Source: Cenococcum geophilum
Taxonomy: Eukaryota
Length of the DNA stretch: 64,000 nt
Assembly (NCBI GenBank): GCA_050273025.1
Contig: CP158635.1
Span: 4,774,001-4,838,000, forward strand
Reading direction: 5' to 3'
The stretch's first letter is position 1. Every line of letters starts with the position of its first letter. Both the position numbers and the translations under genes were made by a program. Positions 1 to 13,839 of the stretch are shown here, one piece after another. The notes below the pieces were generated by a model. It made no database searches, had not been told where the DNA came from, and saw only the letters and a list, made by a program, of their open reading frames with translations.

Positions 1-810
1 AATTAATTAGGGAACTAAATAACTACTAAGAGTAATAGGTCGCGTATATTTAGTATTAGAGATAAAGCGAACGTTATAGGATAAATAAATATTTGCTTTA
101 GTACACTCTAAGTAAAAAAATGGTTATCGCGAAGATAGGTTCGCTAATATAATATAGATTAACCCTTCTTTTAAATAACGAGAATATGGAGACGGTATAA
201 TCTTACTAAGAGATAATATTATAGTAATAGTGCGAATACGACGAGCAGTTAAGGAAGAAGAAATTGCTTTAGGTATAATAAGTAATAATATTAACTAAAT
301 TAATTAGATGGACCTTATACCTCTAGTAAACAACCTAAAGATATTAGGAATCTTTAAGGATAAAGATAGAGAGGAGGGAGATAGTATTATAAACGCTTTA
401 AGTATAATATTATAACTACTTAGAGAAGAGTCGGAAGAAGCTAGTTAGTTAATTTAAGTATAGTCTAGGATGGAGCTAATAGAGCTATATAATAAGGAAT
501 AGTAATTAAGGTTACGTGGGGTAATCTATATAATCTATGGGATCTATATAATCCGTAATAGAGTAAATAGAGTATACGTATATTACGTATAAGAAGGATT
601 TTATAGGAGTATGGTTGTGTATTTAAGGACCCTTAATCCCTACCTAGATAGTTCCTTCTTTGTAGTAATTCTTAGAATATAATTAGAGTTAATCTGTTAG
701 GCAACCACTCCACCAGTTATTATTACGTTGTTGACTTTTATACTTGCATTTCCTATATACTTAGCCTAATAACGAGCCTACCGTAGTTCCTGCTATAAGG
801 TTCCGTTATA
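1..810 (+). mobile_element. 3' end of Ty3/Gypsy family A (3' region, PPT and 3' LTR); the rest lies upstream of the window
   Basis: Colinear with about 31676-32482. Polypurine tract AGAGAGGAGGGAGATAG ends at 384. Confidence 0.9.
385..810 (+). repeat. LTR of Gypsy family A
   Basis: Homologous to LTRs at 24578-24983 and 32059-32482. Ends TATTAT...CCGTTATA are RIP forms of TGTTAC...CCGTTACA. Confidence 0.9.
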
Positions 811-1589
811 CCCTCTAAAAAAGATACTTATCTATAACTCCTAAGTAAGAGAGCACTACGTGCTAAGAGGTAAATTTTGGGACAGCGAGACTTATATTAT
901 AATAGTAATAGTAAGTAAGGAGGATTTATATTTATTATAATAGTTAAGCAGTATTTATATATAGATGGCAACTATAAAAAAAGAGTTGCTAGTGTTAGGA
1001 ATAAGGCAAGTTGCTGTTACGTATAGTAAACTGCCGTCACGTGATGGCAAGTTGCTATCACGTGTCGCCGCGGCACTAGCGTGGCGAGGAGCCTTAAGTT
1101 CCTCGCCCTCCCTTATTCTATTAATAAGCTTTTTAACTAATATTACTGTAACCTACTTAAGTAGTCGTTATTAGTAAGTTACTTTATATAACTAATAATA
1201 ACTAATACCTTATTAAAGCTAGTAAGATTAGCTATAGAATATCTTATTTAAGTAAAGACACTACACGAACTATAGACCTATTCTTTTATAATAGCACCTT
1301 TATTAATTTTGAAATCTTTATCTCTCTATTAAAATAAATATATAATAACACTAGTTATAAATATATAGCTATTACTAAACTTAAAACCCTATAATAACGG
1401 AACCGAGACTTTACTAGCTTCTTTTTGGAATTTTTAGGCCTTATTAGTAAACTAGATTAAAATAAAGCCGCTAGAGTTACTGCTCTCTATTAAGCTATTT
1501 TAGATAAAATTAAAGTATAGTTAGTAGGTAGAGAACTGCTAAAGGACTTACCTAAATTTGCTATAATATATTAATAAATTAATAAGGAC

Positions 1590-1837
1590 TGTTCGTACTA
1601 ACTTAATAGCACGAGTGAGTCGTATCCACGGGCACGAAATACATGTAGTATTGTATGCTTGTTTGGATGGTGACTATCAATTATATAAAGCAGACTACGT
1701 GGTCTATATACTGATGCACCTCCCCCCTAATTAGTTAGTGCTTTATAAGTGCACCAGACGCGTAAGCAAGTGGTTAGTGCACTAAACGCGTAAACGCGTA
1801 AGCACGCGTTTGGTACAACAGGTGCTGTAATTATATA
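1590..1837 (-). repeat. Copia 3' LTR
   Basis: Direct repeat of 7710-7957; the differences I could see are all C/T or G/A transitions. Confidence 0.95.
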
Positions 1838-2349
1838 CTAGCAGTACTTAAAAAATAAAACCACCTGTGTACAGCCTCCGTAATTGCTTTAATAAAACCA
1901 TAGAACATAAAGGAAAATACATAGAAAATCTCCCCTAAGGTGCCGTCTAGGCTGCCTTTTAAACGGTACCTTAAGCTAGCCGTAAGTCCTGCTTACGGTC
2001 CGTAAAATAAACCGTATGGCCTTTTAATAGATAGTAAGTCAGATTTTAAGGGCCGCTAAGGCGCTAGTGCTAAGCGAGCTAATGGCGATTTTCCATGCCC
2101 GGTATGGAAAATCGTAATTAGTTAATTTAACCACTGTGGCAGAATATAGCAGAATTCGGCAGGTCATGTGAGTCCACTAAGTTCTATTATAGCTTTCTAC
2201 CGTTTTTCTACCTAATAGCTTACGGTCCGTAGAATAGGCCGTATAATAAGCCATACGGCCTTCTAACGGGCCGTAGGCGTACTATAGGTACTCCGTTAGT
2301 CCCGTTCTACCCATTTTATAACTTTTAAGTTAAGCTTATTTGTGTTAAT

Positions 2350-5300
2350 TAGGGTTTTAAAGGCTTAACACGGCTTTGCCTTAGTTATAGCGTCCACTAG
2401 GTTATCTCCGCTACTGATCCATTTAACCTCTATAATCTCACGTCGTTTATAGGCCTAATATAAGCATATTAGGTCGACTATAAGCCTCTTCTCTTATATC
2501 GTACCTAGTTTAACTAGGCAGTTATAAAGGGACTTTAAATTAGTGCATAAAACTAGGGGTAACTGCTCTAGTTGTAGAATCTTCTAGACCGTTAATTTAA
2601 TTGCAGCTGCTATATTAAATCCATAAGCTAGTATATATAGTTCAGAAGCTAGTACACTACGGGTTACTCGTTTACACTTAATTAAAGACTAATATAGTAT
2701 ATTTGCGTCCTAATTGCGGTCCGTAAGTACAATTATAAAGCCGATTTATAATAATAGGTCTTTATTATTAGTAAAGGAGGCGTCCGTAAATACTAGTAAG
2801 CTAAGGGAACTTAGGTCTAGTGGTACGAAAGTAAATCCCCTTACTACATTATTAATTTACCACTAAATGCGCTTATTAAGCTGCTTAATATTTTCTTTTT
2901 ACGGATCTATTACCTAGGCCGTAAAGGATAAGTCGTAGGTAGATTTAGATTAGCAAACTGTGGTAATATAGGCGCCTCTTATACGCTATACAGCGTATTA
3001 GTCTTTTATATTTATGGTCTTATAGGTCTCTCCACGGGAACTAGTAAGGTCCGTAGGCTTTACTATAATAAGCTTTAGGTTTTAAGCTTGGCGTTCCTGG
3101 GTTAGCTAGATTAAGTTACCCTTTTATGTAATTAAGCCTCCGTTAAACTTAATTGGAGTCTACTTAGTTAACTACTCTTACAGCTTTGCTAGGAACTTAG
3201 CTTCTTATAGTTTAGTCTCTTTAGCGTCCGCAAATATCCGGTCTACTAAAAAGAGGGTATTGTCTATTTAGAGTCTAATAATACTAAGGCCGTTTAATAG
3301 GCTATATAGGAGGTAGGGGTTATAGGTTAACTGTTCCATTTTAAGTTTACTAACGTAGTACTAGTAGTATATCTTAAACTAATGGTTTCCGGCTTCTGGT
3401 ACTCTATAAAGAGGTTTTACAACCTATAAAATTGTTCCTAGTTATAGGTTAAGCTTATAGGGTAGTCGTATAAAGATATCCCTACTTAGGTAGGTATTAG
3501 ACTGCATATAAGCTTATAAGATATCCCATAAGTAAAGGGCTACGGATTTAGTTTGCTGTAGTCCAGGCGTAAGTACGAGTATAATCCGTTAACTGACCCG
3601 TTAAATTATAGGCGATTGTATAAGGACTAGGTTCTTTCCCTAGTCGTTATAAGCTTATATAATAAGCCTTAATTTCTTAAAGGCTTTATTAGTACTAGGG
3701 TGCTTAATCTTATTAATAAAGCGTAAGTTAAATATACGGACGCCTTATAGAACGTCTCTCTCCGTTATAATTACAAAAACACCCTTTTTAAGTAGTCCGT
3801 TAATCTCTTTACGCCGTAAGTCCGTAAAAGGGGTTTCCTATACTAAAACTAATATATCTATAGGCGGAGATTACTTTGTGGATATGCCTATAGAGGTTAG
3901 ATAGTTCTCTATTACGGGATTCTTATAGGGGCGTCCTTGGCTACGCTTTACGGCAGGTTTAGTAAGTTTAGTAGGTTTCTAGGGGACCTCTAGGGTAGGC
4001 AAGGGTGCCTCCAGTTTATCTAATTCGGCAGTTATTTCTGGTTCGTCTAGTTTGGCGGTTACTTCTAATTCGTCTAGCTTAACGTCATAGGTGTTTTTAG
4101 GCCAAAAGTAGGGTTTTACGGACGTGCTTCTAAAGCTAGTTAGCCCGCTAAGAAGCTATACGCAGCACATCTCGTTTTCTATAGCCAGTAAACGGTAAGG
4201 TCTATTCTAACTGCCGCTTTCACGCTATATAAGGACTTCAGAGTTAAGCGGGAGGTTATATACTAAGGTTGTATTAGGTCCGTTACGGTAGTATAGGGCG
4301 TTATTAATAGTTTATTTAGCCCGTAATTTAACTATTTCGGCTATTGCCTTCTGTATTATAGCTGCTTGTTCTATAATAGATAGGGTAGGGAGGCCTAGGT
4401 TGCTTATCCTTAGGTAGGCTCCATAAACCAAAAGGGTGGGTACTAGTCCGTTAGGGCTAGCGGTATTATTAACGGCTTTTACGGCTATCTGTAAAGCTAG
4501 TTCCTTTTAGATATCCTTATACTCGTCCATAATAATCTAATAAGCTCTCTATAGAGCTGGGTGAGCTCGCTTAATAAGCCCAATAAACTAATACGCTTTA
4601 ACTGGAACAGCTTTTATTAATATAGCCATGGCCGTAGCATACTGCTAAAATTCCTTACTAATAAAGTTCCTACCGGCGTCGTAGGTAATATACTTAGGAG
4701 GTCTAACGTACGTGTCAATCTAGTAGGTCCGTAAAATATCCTAAGTATACTTTATAGATATATTTTGCAACCAACGGGCGGCTTAGTAGCGGGTTGCCTC
4801 ATTAATTATATATAATACTAGGCTGCCGTTAATGTACATAATATCTACGTACACTAAGTGGTTAAAGTTAAGGTCCTTATAAAGGGTAAACTTAAATTAG
4901 CCTAGGGAACGTCCGTATTTCTAGCAAAAGGAGTAGTATTTAGTTAGGTAATTAACTGCCTTCCTGTTAATATTGTTGTGTCCAAAGCGTTTAAGGACTC
5001 TATATAGCTTTTCGGCTAATAGGTAGCTGAAACGGCGGTGCAGACGGTGGATCTCCGTACTGGTAAGGTAGCATAGGTTATAGTTAAAAGATTTCTGAAT
5101 ATAGGTCCGTAAAGTCTCTCCCTATATAAGAAACGGGTGTCCAAATCGTTATGTAATTAATAGGGTAATATACTTACTTCCTAGGGCAGTTACGGGGCCG
5201 ATCAAGGTGTCCGTAATATTATTATAGTAAACCTGTAACTTATTCATGTCCGCAAGGTAAAGTAAGAAAGGGGTGTCTGCTTTTACTATATAGAAGTTAA

Positions 5301-7270
5301 CTAGGCTAATTGGGGTCTTAACTATAACTAATTTAATTAATGCAGTTAAGCTAATGCCGAATTAGACGTTTACGGCCCCAGTTTACATAATATTAATATC
5401 CGTATTATTATTTACGGTAGTCCTATATACGAGGTATTATCCATAGCCTATAGTAGACTTCTTAGAGGCGCCTATGTCAATTATAACACTATAAAATTCC
5501 TTAGGGGTATAGCGTTCTATAATAATATATATAAATAGGTCCTGCTTATAATCTATAACATCTGTAACGGGGGTACTTACGGAATGGTTTTTAGGCGCAA
5601 CTAAGTATATAAAGAAACGGTTGGCTAATACGGTCGTAATATTAAAGGCTTAGCTGTCCGTAAAAGGTCTAAAAGTAGTTAGGAATATCTCTAAGGTCTC
5701 TTATTCCTAAGCGTCTAAGTTAAAGTCAATTATAAGGGCTTCTATTAACTCATCAGGGGGCTCTTTTACTTCCTCTCCTTTATATTCCAAAATAAACTAG
5801 TTAATACGGCTATTAAGTCTCTTCCTAGACTTATTACGTTCTTCCTGGGTATACCTTATAGACTAACATCCTTCCTTACCGCACACGAAGCACTTCTAGC
5901 TGGTTTGTCTATGGGGGTATATTTTTATACGGGGGTTACTACAGGGGTTACAGGTAGGACTTAGTCGGTACGGGTGCTGCTAGCAGTAGCGGCGGTCCGT
6001 AAAGTAGACGTCTAAGTCTATTTACGGATATTAAATATCCATAACAAAGGCTTAAGTGCTGCCTGGTAGGTTTAAGACTTTATACATTGTAATAGAGGAG
6101 CGTAGATTATTAATAAGGCCAGCTAAGGTATCTATAGGCTTATAGTAGGCGTACTTGCAGGGCTCTACTTCCTAGTAGGCCGTAATAAGTTTATTATGCA
6201 GGAAGTTGTCCGTTTAAAGCTTAATATCAAAACCGTACTATAGGTGGCGGAGGTCTTTAATAAGGATTTGCAGGCACTCTATGGTCGATTTTTCAGTATT
6301 CTTGTCCATTACGGTCCGTAGCTTGGTCGCATTCTATTAGGTAAGGATATCACGCTTATATTCTAGTCCTTTAAAGTAGTTACGTGTAGCTTTGTATAGC
6401 TTGTTAAAAGGAACACTAAGGGGGTTACTCTTAAGGTTGGTGTAGTAGTGGTTAAGTGCTAGGCCGCGTAGTATAGTAGAGTAGGCTTAGCTAAACTCTT
6501 ATTTAGGAATATTAGCCTTCTAGCAGAGGTCCGTAAAGATAGTTAGTTTAAAGTTAAAGTTATCGTTTTCGCCGCTATACTTAGATTTATTGGTATAGAG
6601 CTTAGCCAGGTTAGCTAGCTCCTTACTATAGGTCTTTAGTTAGGTGGGTTGCGGATCTATAACTTACGGATTTATAGTTTGCGGATATATAGCTTACGGA
6701 TCTATGACTTAAATAACGGGGGTAATTTGGTCCGTATTTTAGTTTGCGGGGGTATTATGGTCTGTAACTTAAGTACTAGGTGTGCTTTAGCCCGTAAGAT
6801 TAATTCTAAAACTGCTTAGGTTTATAGGACGAATTTAGTTAAGTGGGTTAGGTATAAGGCTAGCGATTATATTAAGTTTGGAAGAAGTAAAGAGTTCCTT
6901 AGTTTCTTAGAACTAGTCTAGGATTTCCTTTTTAGTCTATTCCGTTTAGTTCTTTTCGTGTATTATATTATATAAGGACTATATAACAGTAACTTGTTTA
7001 TTCCTTTTAACCCATATACCTTAGTTACGTAAGAGGGTCTGTAGGTTACGGATAGTAGTAAGGTTGTATACTTTAAAGATAGCTTCCGTAAAGTCTGCGA
7101 AGTCTTCCTAGTATTACTCCTATAGGTTAACGTTTATAAGCTTAAAATATTCATATTTAAGAACTTTTAAATTTAATATAGTTGTTAACGTCAGGTATAG
7201 ACGTAAGGTCGGCTCCCTGCCTCTACTTTTCCTAGCCTTTATTAACTTACTTCCTTAGGTCTGCCATACT
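2350..7270 (-). pseudogene. Copia gag-pol polyprotein (RIP pseudogene)
   Basis: Minus-strand motifs: HRRF(G)H(P)S integrase Zn region near 5020-5050, GL(Q)(T)(D)(D)TLF RT core near 3250-3280, VFTDASF RNase H near 2775-2794. Confidence 0.85.
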
Positions 7271-7709
7271 ATATAGTGTAGTATAGTACGCAGTGGGTGG
7301 AAGAGGTCTTATAGTGGTCCATAAAGGCGGTTAATGTCTATAGCGGTTTGTAGAAGGGTAAGGGTGTCCGTAAGGGGTCTTAACAGGTCTATAGTAGTTT
7401 GTAGAGGGGTAAAGGGTCTTTGTAAGGGGTCTAAAAAGACGTCGGAGGTATTAAAAGAGGGTGTAGTAGGGATAGGGGTTTAAGGTTTAAGGGTAGGGGG
7501 TTCCGTACAGGTCTGTATTTGCGTCTATTATACTTTTAGTAAACCGTACTAAGACTTAAATAAGTATATAGAGTTGGAGATAAGTCCGTAATCCCTAACT
7601 TCCGACCTTCTAGTAGGTTGTACTAGGAGTCTAAACAGGTAGTTGCTGTTAAGTATTGCTTGGGGGGAGGTATCGAGTAATTGCTAATCTATGCGCGCTT
7701 ACTGATTAG

Positions 7710-7957
7710 TGTTCGTACTAACTTAATAGCACAAGTAAGTTGTATCTACGGGCACGAAATATATGTAGTATTATATGCTTATTTAGATGGTGACTGTCGA
7801 TTATATAAAGCAGACTACGTGGTCTATATACTAATGCACCTCCCCCCTAATTAGTTAGTGCTTTATAAGTGCACCAGACGCGTAAGTAAGTGGTTAGTGC
7901 ACTAAACGCGTAAACGCGTAAGCACGCGTTTAGTATAATAGGTGCTGTAATTATATA
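7710..7957 (-). repeat. Copia 5' LTR
   Basis: Direct repeat of 1590-1837. Confidence 0.95.
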
Positions 7958-8195
7958 AGGACCTTTAATATAATAAATAGACTTATTCCCTAAAGCTAAC
8001 TATACCTTATATTTAAAACTCTATAAACCTAGTATATACCCTAAAGCGCAATCCGTCTTTAAAACTAAAAGGCCTTATATATAACCCTATAGACCTTAAT
8101 ACTACTTAATTCTATATACCTTTAAGAACTAATAAATAAAAAATATAAGCCGTAAATAGAGAATGCTTTAAATATAGTAAAAAGGGATATATTTA

Positions 8196-9214
8196 GTAGT
8201 AGTAACTCTTTAATTAACGTCTAATACGGATCCTACTGGCCCACGCAGACTACTCCGTCGCAGGGGGGAAAACTTGTAATTTACATGAAGAAAACCCTGC
8301 AGTTGGGGGAGGAAAAACCCTATAAGCCACCTTAGTAGGATAAAAAACCCCGTTTTGCTATATTTGTCCATAGCGGCGGCCCTACAGGCCTACAACTACG
8401 TCCTAACCTCCTTAAATGTTTAAACTCCTTGGGAACCACTGCTTCCTTCTCTAGCTTATCCCAGCTAGGGTTTACTACATCCCAGCTAGGCCTTGCTAAT
8501 TAATTGCTGTACTATTGTTTCCCATATCTTGGCTATCCCCTATATGCTATCTCTTGTTTAACCATTGCTATATATACTATGCCTCCCCCCCCCTAGGGCC
8601 TATTGAAGGCGTAAGGGGGATTTATCTATTTTAACTACCTAATACTAAAGGCGAGCGGAATATATACGCGTGTACTCTGGGTATCTTTTGTGCCTAGGCC
8701 CTGGTTGCTAGGCCCTCTCTAAGGGTTACCACTCCGTTAAGAGGAGATAAGGAAAACCGTAGGTTGTAATCCGGGCTGCTAGGCAGTAGGTAGTAAAACG
8801 GCGAGTGACCGCATGCTCCGCGGGCGATCGCCCTAGGGGTTAGGAGGGGCCGTATATTTGCTCGTTGCTCGTTTGCAGTTACTCGTTCATTAATATAAGA
8901 GGTTATTAATGCTTTCTGTTGGGGGTCGGGGGATGCTATCAAATGCTATGCATCCATGTTGGATCGTACAGGTGCCTTAATAGGAGGATAGTGTAGTAGC
9001 CGCTATCGTACGGGGTACCAACGGTGGTGGTTTTCGAGATCTCACCATCCTATGTGAAAACTTTTTTTACTACCGCCCATAATACTCGCAACCACCACCA
9101 CTATGTCGTATCGCACGCTGTGCGACGTCTCTGCGTTGGCTCTGGGTCTGAACTTCGAAGACTTAGGTTCGTAGCCGTCACCACGTATAGGTGCAGAGTC
9201 CGTTTTCGACGGCC
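8196..9214 (-). mobile_element. About 1-kb non-autonomous non-LTR (SINE-like) retroelement
   Basis: 14-bp TSD AAGGGATATATTTA at 8182-8195 and 9215-9228, splitting the Gypsy B gag Zn knuckle. Short (TAC)n tail. Its 3' ~100 nt resemble the LINE B 3' end (GGAGTAGTCYGC...GGATCCG..T.A.ACGTTAA). No credible coding capacity. Confidence 0.88.
9129..9214 (-). ncRNA. Degenerate HDV-like ribozyme fold at the 5' end of the SINE-like element
   Basis: P1 GGCCGUC/GACGGCU (G1-U wobble), P2 CUCUGC/GCAGAG, P3 ACC/GGU, 7-nt L3 UAUACGU, P4 remnant, J4/2 GCCAAC (one extra nt). P1.1 is restored only by reversing a RIP-type change. Confidence 0.6.
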
Positions 9215-10489
9215 AAGGGATATATTTAAAGAAATTACTAAACTTACCCTTTTTAAAATAACTAACGTAGTTCCTCTTAGTCCTTAAATTATACTTATTT
9301 TATAAATTATACTTAGTCGCTATAAAGTATTTTACCTTTAATTAATTTAGAAAATAAATTATACTAGGGCTAAGTTGCGCCTTAAGATAAAAAGTAGAAG
9401 AGTATAAGTATCTAAGCTCTTTTAGCGCTAATATATAAGACAACTCCCTTAATATACTTAGTAAAATTTAAATACTTAAAAAATAGAAGAAAGTATAAAC
9501 CTTATAGATAGCGGAGCTACTAATATAGGCTTTATTAATACGAACTATGTAAAAACTTAACGCTTAAATTTAAAGAAATTTAATAAGCCTTAAGACCTAT
9601 AAGGCTTTAATAGTAAGCCTTTAATATATAGTAAACTAATATACTACGCTCTTATAAAGATGTAGATAGGTAAATATCTTAAATATATTTCCCTATTTAT
9701 AATACCCTTAAAGCATTATAAGATAATACTTAAATATAGATAGCTAGAATAACACAACCCTTTAATTAGCTGGGTTAAAGAAATACTAAAATTCCGTATA
9801 ACCTACTGCCGAAATTATTACTTAAAATACTACTTGCCCTACAAATATATATATAACTATTTAAATTTAATATAATATAAATTGCCCTTACTATAAACCT
9901 TAAACCAATATAATAAAGTTATAACTACTAATTGTGGTAAAGAATGTAAAGATAATATATTAAACCCCCTTAAAATTTATATAATATAAGCCGCACCCTT
10001 TTATTTATTAGTAAGAAAATAAGACTATAAGATCTTTATTATAACACTAGAAGATATTAAGAAGGTATTAAAATTAAAGTAATATATTAACCTCTAACCT
10101 CTTATACCTAATAAATAATAATAATTATTTATTGCTTAACGTTTGATTCGGATCCCTATTGGGCCTATGCGGACTACTCCTTATATATATATAGGGAGAA
10201 AACTCTATTTAAGAAAACCCCGTAATCTATCTCCCTACCTTTTAGGACTCGCCTATAAGGCGCCTATAGGGCGCCTACGAGTTACCTATAGTGCTTCTAC
10301 TACCTTACTTTTTAACCTCCTTAGGAACTACTACTGCCGTAACAAGCCTACGGATGCGCTAGTATTGTATACTTTACTCTACTACTATACAGTTATTAGG
10401 GGGCGCCCGTTGCTCGCCCCCCCACCCTCTATTACTATTTCCCTAGCAACCCAGAACTAGTTTAGTATATTTTAGCTAATAAGCCACTA

Positions 10490-13400
10490 GGTAACCGCCT
10501 TAAGGCCTTTTTATATTAAGAGCAGTATATTATAGTTCTCTGTGCCAGCTACTAAGAGTATTACTTCTTAGTTGGTGCGTAAGGGGCATAACAGTATTAC
10601 GTGTTTTGGTGTCTGTCTTGGCCAGCTATATTTGCATCTTAGGCTACCTACTAGGACACCTACCTAGTAGAGCTAGTCTTTTAGTCCTATTATTCCTGTT
10701 CTTAAGAGTGTTGCCATTATATTTTCTACCTTCGTTAGGCCTTCTCGGAGCCCTAAAGTATTTACCCCCTATAGCATTAACTATACTACAGCTTAGGTTT
10801 CTCTTGCCTTAGTCAGCCTCTATACCTTTAACTCCTATACGCCTCTCCAGCGTTGGTCCAACTAGTATTATATTACAGTAGATGGTTTCCTAACGTTCTT
10901 TTATGCTCTACTTTAGCTCCTTTCTCTCTCTTACTATTATCTTTACTGGCCTCTTACGCGTCTCCCTTTCTTCTTTATATAGGCCTAGGCCCTAAAGCAG
11001 CACTATTTTTCTTCTGCTTTTTTTACTTGTTTCTCTAATATGTCTTCCCTACTTTAGGGTTGTTAGTTTATTCTCCTACGGGGCGCCCTAGGGTCCCTCT
11101 ATAGTTTATTTAGGCGTGTCTTAATATACTTTATAACATTAGAGTTGCGTTTATTTTGCGCCCTTTATATTATAGCGGCTTTAATATATAGTTATAGGGG
11201 GGGAATATTGGCTTCCTTCTCGAGCAGTGCTGTGGCCGTTCGCTTATATACGCCTATTATACTCCAAAAGTAGGCTATTTAGACCTTTTAGAGTGGTTTA
11301 AGGAGCGACTTAGGGGGGCCTTTCTTAGATTCTCTAATGGCCCAAATACTGGACCTATACGTTATGGTTAGCCGGACAACTGCTATATATAGTAAGCGTG
11401 ACCTTTAAAAGCATAGACCCTATATAGAATTAACGATCCTAGATAATACAATGTACTATACTTAGCCCTTACGGGCCGCTTACGCCGCATATACGCTCTA
11501 CTAGAGCTTACTGTCTACCTATACTTCTAATACCCTTAGGCCCTAAACTGGTTAACCCCTAAAGCTTTAGATATAAATTATATACTAAAAATCTACAGAT
11601 TGGTTACGTTTTCTTATAAAATAGATTAGCTAGTATTTCTCTAGTAAGAATTAGACTTTATATCGTCTTGCCTATTCTATATAGGTATTATAAGCTTTCT
11701 CTAGTATTCTATAATTCTTTACGGCTGTTAGCCCGTATATAATTAGGGTTATATTATTAATAAAGCCTATTCCCTGGGTTACCCCTTTCTTAAAGAAGTT
11801 AAGTAGGTTGCTTATAAAGAAAAGGAAGAGTATAGGCGAGAGGGGTAATTTTTATGGTATTCCTGTTGCAACTGTAATAGGGGGGCTCTGGTATCCGCTG
11901 AAAACTAATAATATTTCTTTTTAACCTGTAAACCCTTAAATAAATTATATAATCTATTCTGGGAAGCCTTTTACCCTAAGGATATATAGGAGACGCTCGT
12001 AGGGTACGTTATTATAGGCGCCACTAATATCTAGGCTGAGTATTAATACTATAAAGTCCCTTCGCATCGCCTATGCGGATTTAATGGTGGCAGCGAGTAG
12101 CGTAAGTGCTAATAGTGTTAAGCGGTTCTTTCTTACCCCTATTTGGCTCTATAGTAGTAGGGCATGTTCCTTAGCCGTGTCTGCTATATAGTCCGCTATT
12201 ACCTTTTCTAAGATCTTACTTAGGGTGTTTTCTAAGGTAATAGGGCGGTAGCTTCCTGGGATTAAGTAATCTGCTTTACCTTCTTTTTATAGAATAACCG
12301 TCGTTATAGATCTTCTGAGTCGCGGGTAGTAGCCTATAGTAAAGCATGCTCTGGCTATATTTATAAGCTAAGGTGCTATAAATGGTCTATAGGTCTTTAA
12401 GGCCTTATTTAGAATCCTATCTAGTCCTAGTACTATATTATTTAAAAGGCGGCTAATAGTTCTGGCTATTTCCTCTGTTATTATGTCGCTGTTAACCCGC
12501 AGGCGAGTTACTAGTATTTCACCCGTAATGTCACTAAGGTCTGCTAGAGCCGGTTAGGGGAAGAACCTTTTTATAAGGATCTTTGCCTTTTTATCGTTAT
12601 TGTTAGTAGCCTATAATTCCCCTGCTCTTCGTAGGGGTAATAGGTATAGGTCTTCTGCTAGTCGCCCTACCTTTTTCTTTACCTATTTTATTATAGCCCA
12701 CAGGCCCTTATTATAGGGGAGGCTTAAATTAAAAGTGTACTTATTTATAAATCGTCTCTAGTTGTTCCTTACTTTTTTTTTTTAGGGTATTCTTTAACTG
12801 GTTTCTTATGTCTTTATATCGTCTCTTATCTTTAGGGTTGTGGCTACTTAAGTATTTCCTTCTTGCTTGTTATTGGCTAGCTATAAGAACCGCGTATTAT
12901 ACGGACCATATATATCGCACGTAGGGGCCCGGTTTTAAGACTGGGTAGTACTCTTCTAACCCGTTTTTAATCGCTACCTAGATCCTTTCTAGTCTTCGGT
13001 TGATTTCCTTAGGGGTAGCTAATAAGCCTCGCTTGTTTGGTATTGGGTAGATTTCTTCTAGGTTTTAGAGTTGTTGTTTAACTATATTAAGGAAGCTGTC
13101 TGCCTTAAGCATCCTTATTGCGTATCTTTTGCTATTTAGTTGCGCCTTAATGTCTAAATCTAGCTGTATCTAGATAGGGATATAGTCTAAAGTAAGTGCC
13201 TATTCTTCTTCGGGGTTGCACCTTTTAAGTCTCTAGTATAGGCCTTCGTCTATAAATATAAGGTTAATTATACTTCTAGCGGATCCTTATTGCCATATAA
13301 TTGCTCTAGGGGGGGTGGCTAGCTTAAGGCCCCAGGTGTTTATGGCTTTTAGTAGGCACTCTGCCTATTATTTAGCAGCGACGTGGATACCCCCCTACCG

Positions 13401-13830
13401 TAGGTAGTGGAGGTTTATATCTTCTAATAGGATAAACTCTATGCCTTTGGTTTTAAGTAAGCTTATTACCGATATAATATTCTTTATTTGTGGGACCCCT
13501 TTAACCCTAGGGTTATATATATTAATGATTTATACCGGTCCTCTATATGTCTGGATTATTATAACTGTAATATCTGGATTAACTGCCTGCTATAACTATA
13601 AGGATAGGCTAATAGTCTTACTAATTATAAAGCATACGCGTGTAGCTGCTTTTGGTTTGTATAGGAGCTGGAATCCTCAGGGGCAGTATGTTAATTATAT
13701 ATAGGTGTTATAGTACGGCTCTTGTATAGTAAGGATATGGTGTTTCTCTAGGTCTAGGCTGTCTAGTAGGGGCCTTATAAGACGGTGGTTTGTGTTGCTA
13801 TAGTTATACTATATAATGGATAGGTAGCGG
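10490..13830 (-). pseudogene. LINE B ORF2: APE endonuclease, reverse transcriptase, C-terminal CCHC
   Basis: (G)D(M)NLH(H) near 13410, YRPITLENTLSKILEK near 12205-12250, GIP(QG)(S)PLSPILFLFF near 11820-11865, F(VDD) near 11755, QTPKHVILLCP near 10585-10617. Confidence 0.85.
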
Positions 13831-13839
13831 ACCCCCAGT

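Larger units (their letters stand above)
1590..7957 (-). mobile_element. Full-length Ty1/Copia LTR retrotransposon, RIP-inactivated
   Basis: 248-bp LTRs at 1590-1837 and 7710-7957. 5-bp TSD AGGAC at 1585-1589 and 7958-7962. Domain order gag-PR-IN-RT-RH on the minus strand. Confidence 0.95.

Noticed and set aside
811..1130. Possible reverse-oriented LTR fragment, and ORF 965-1174
   Set aside because: The composition is LTR-like but no partner, termini or TSD are visible in the window. The ORF has no recognisable features.
9100..9214. tRNA-derived Pol III head for the SINE-like element
   Set aside because: GTTCAGACC does not fit the B-box consensus GTTCRANNC, and no A box or cloverleaf is visible.
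10143..13704. Plus-strand hydrophobic ORFs (10143, 10606, 10853, 13441)
   Set aside because: They are antisense shadows of LINE B ORF2 and its 3' UTR.
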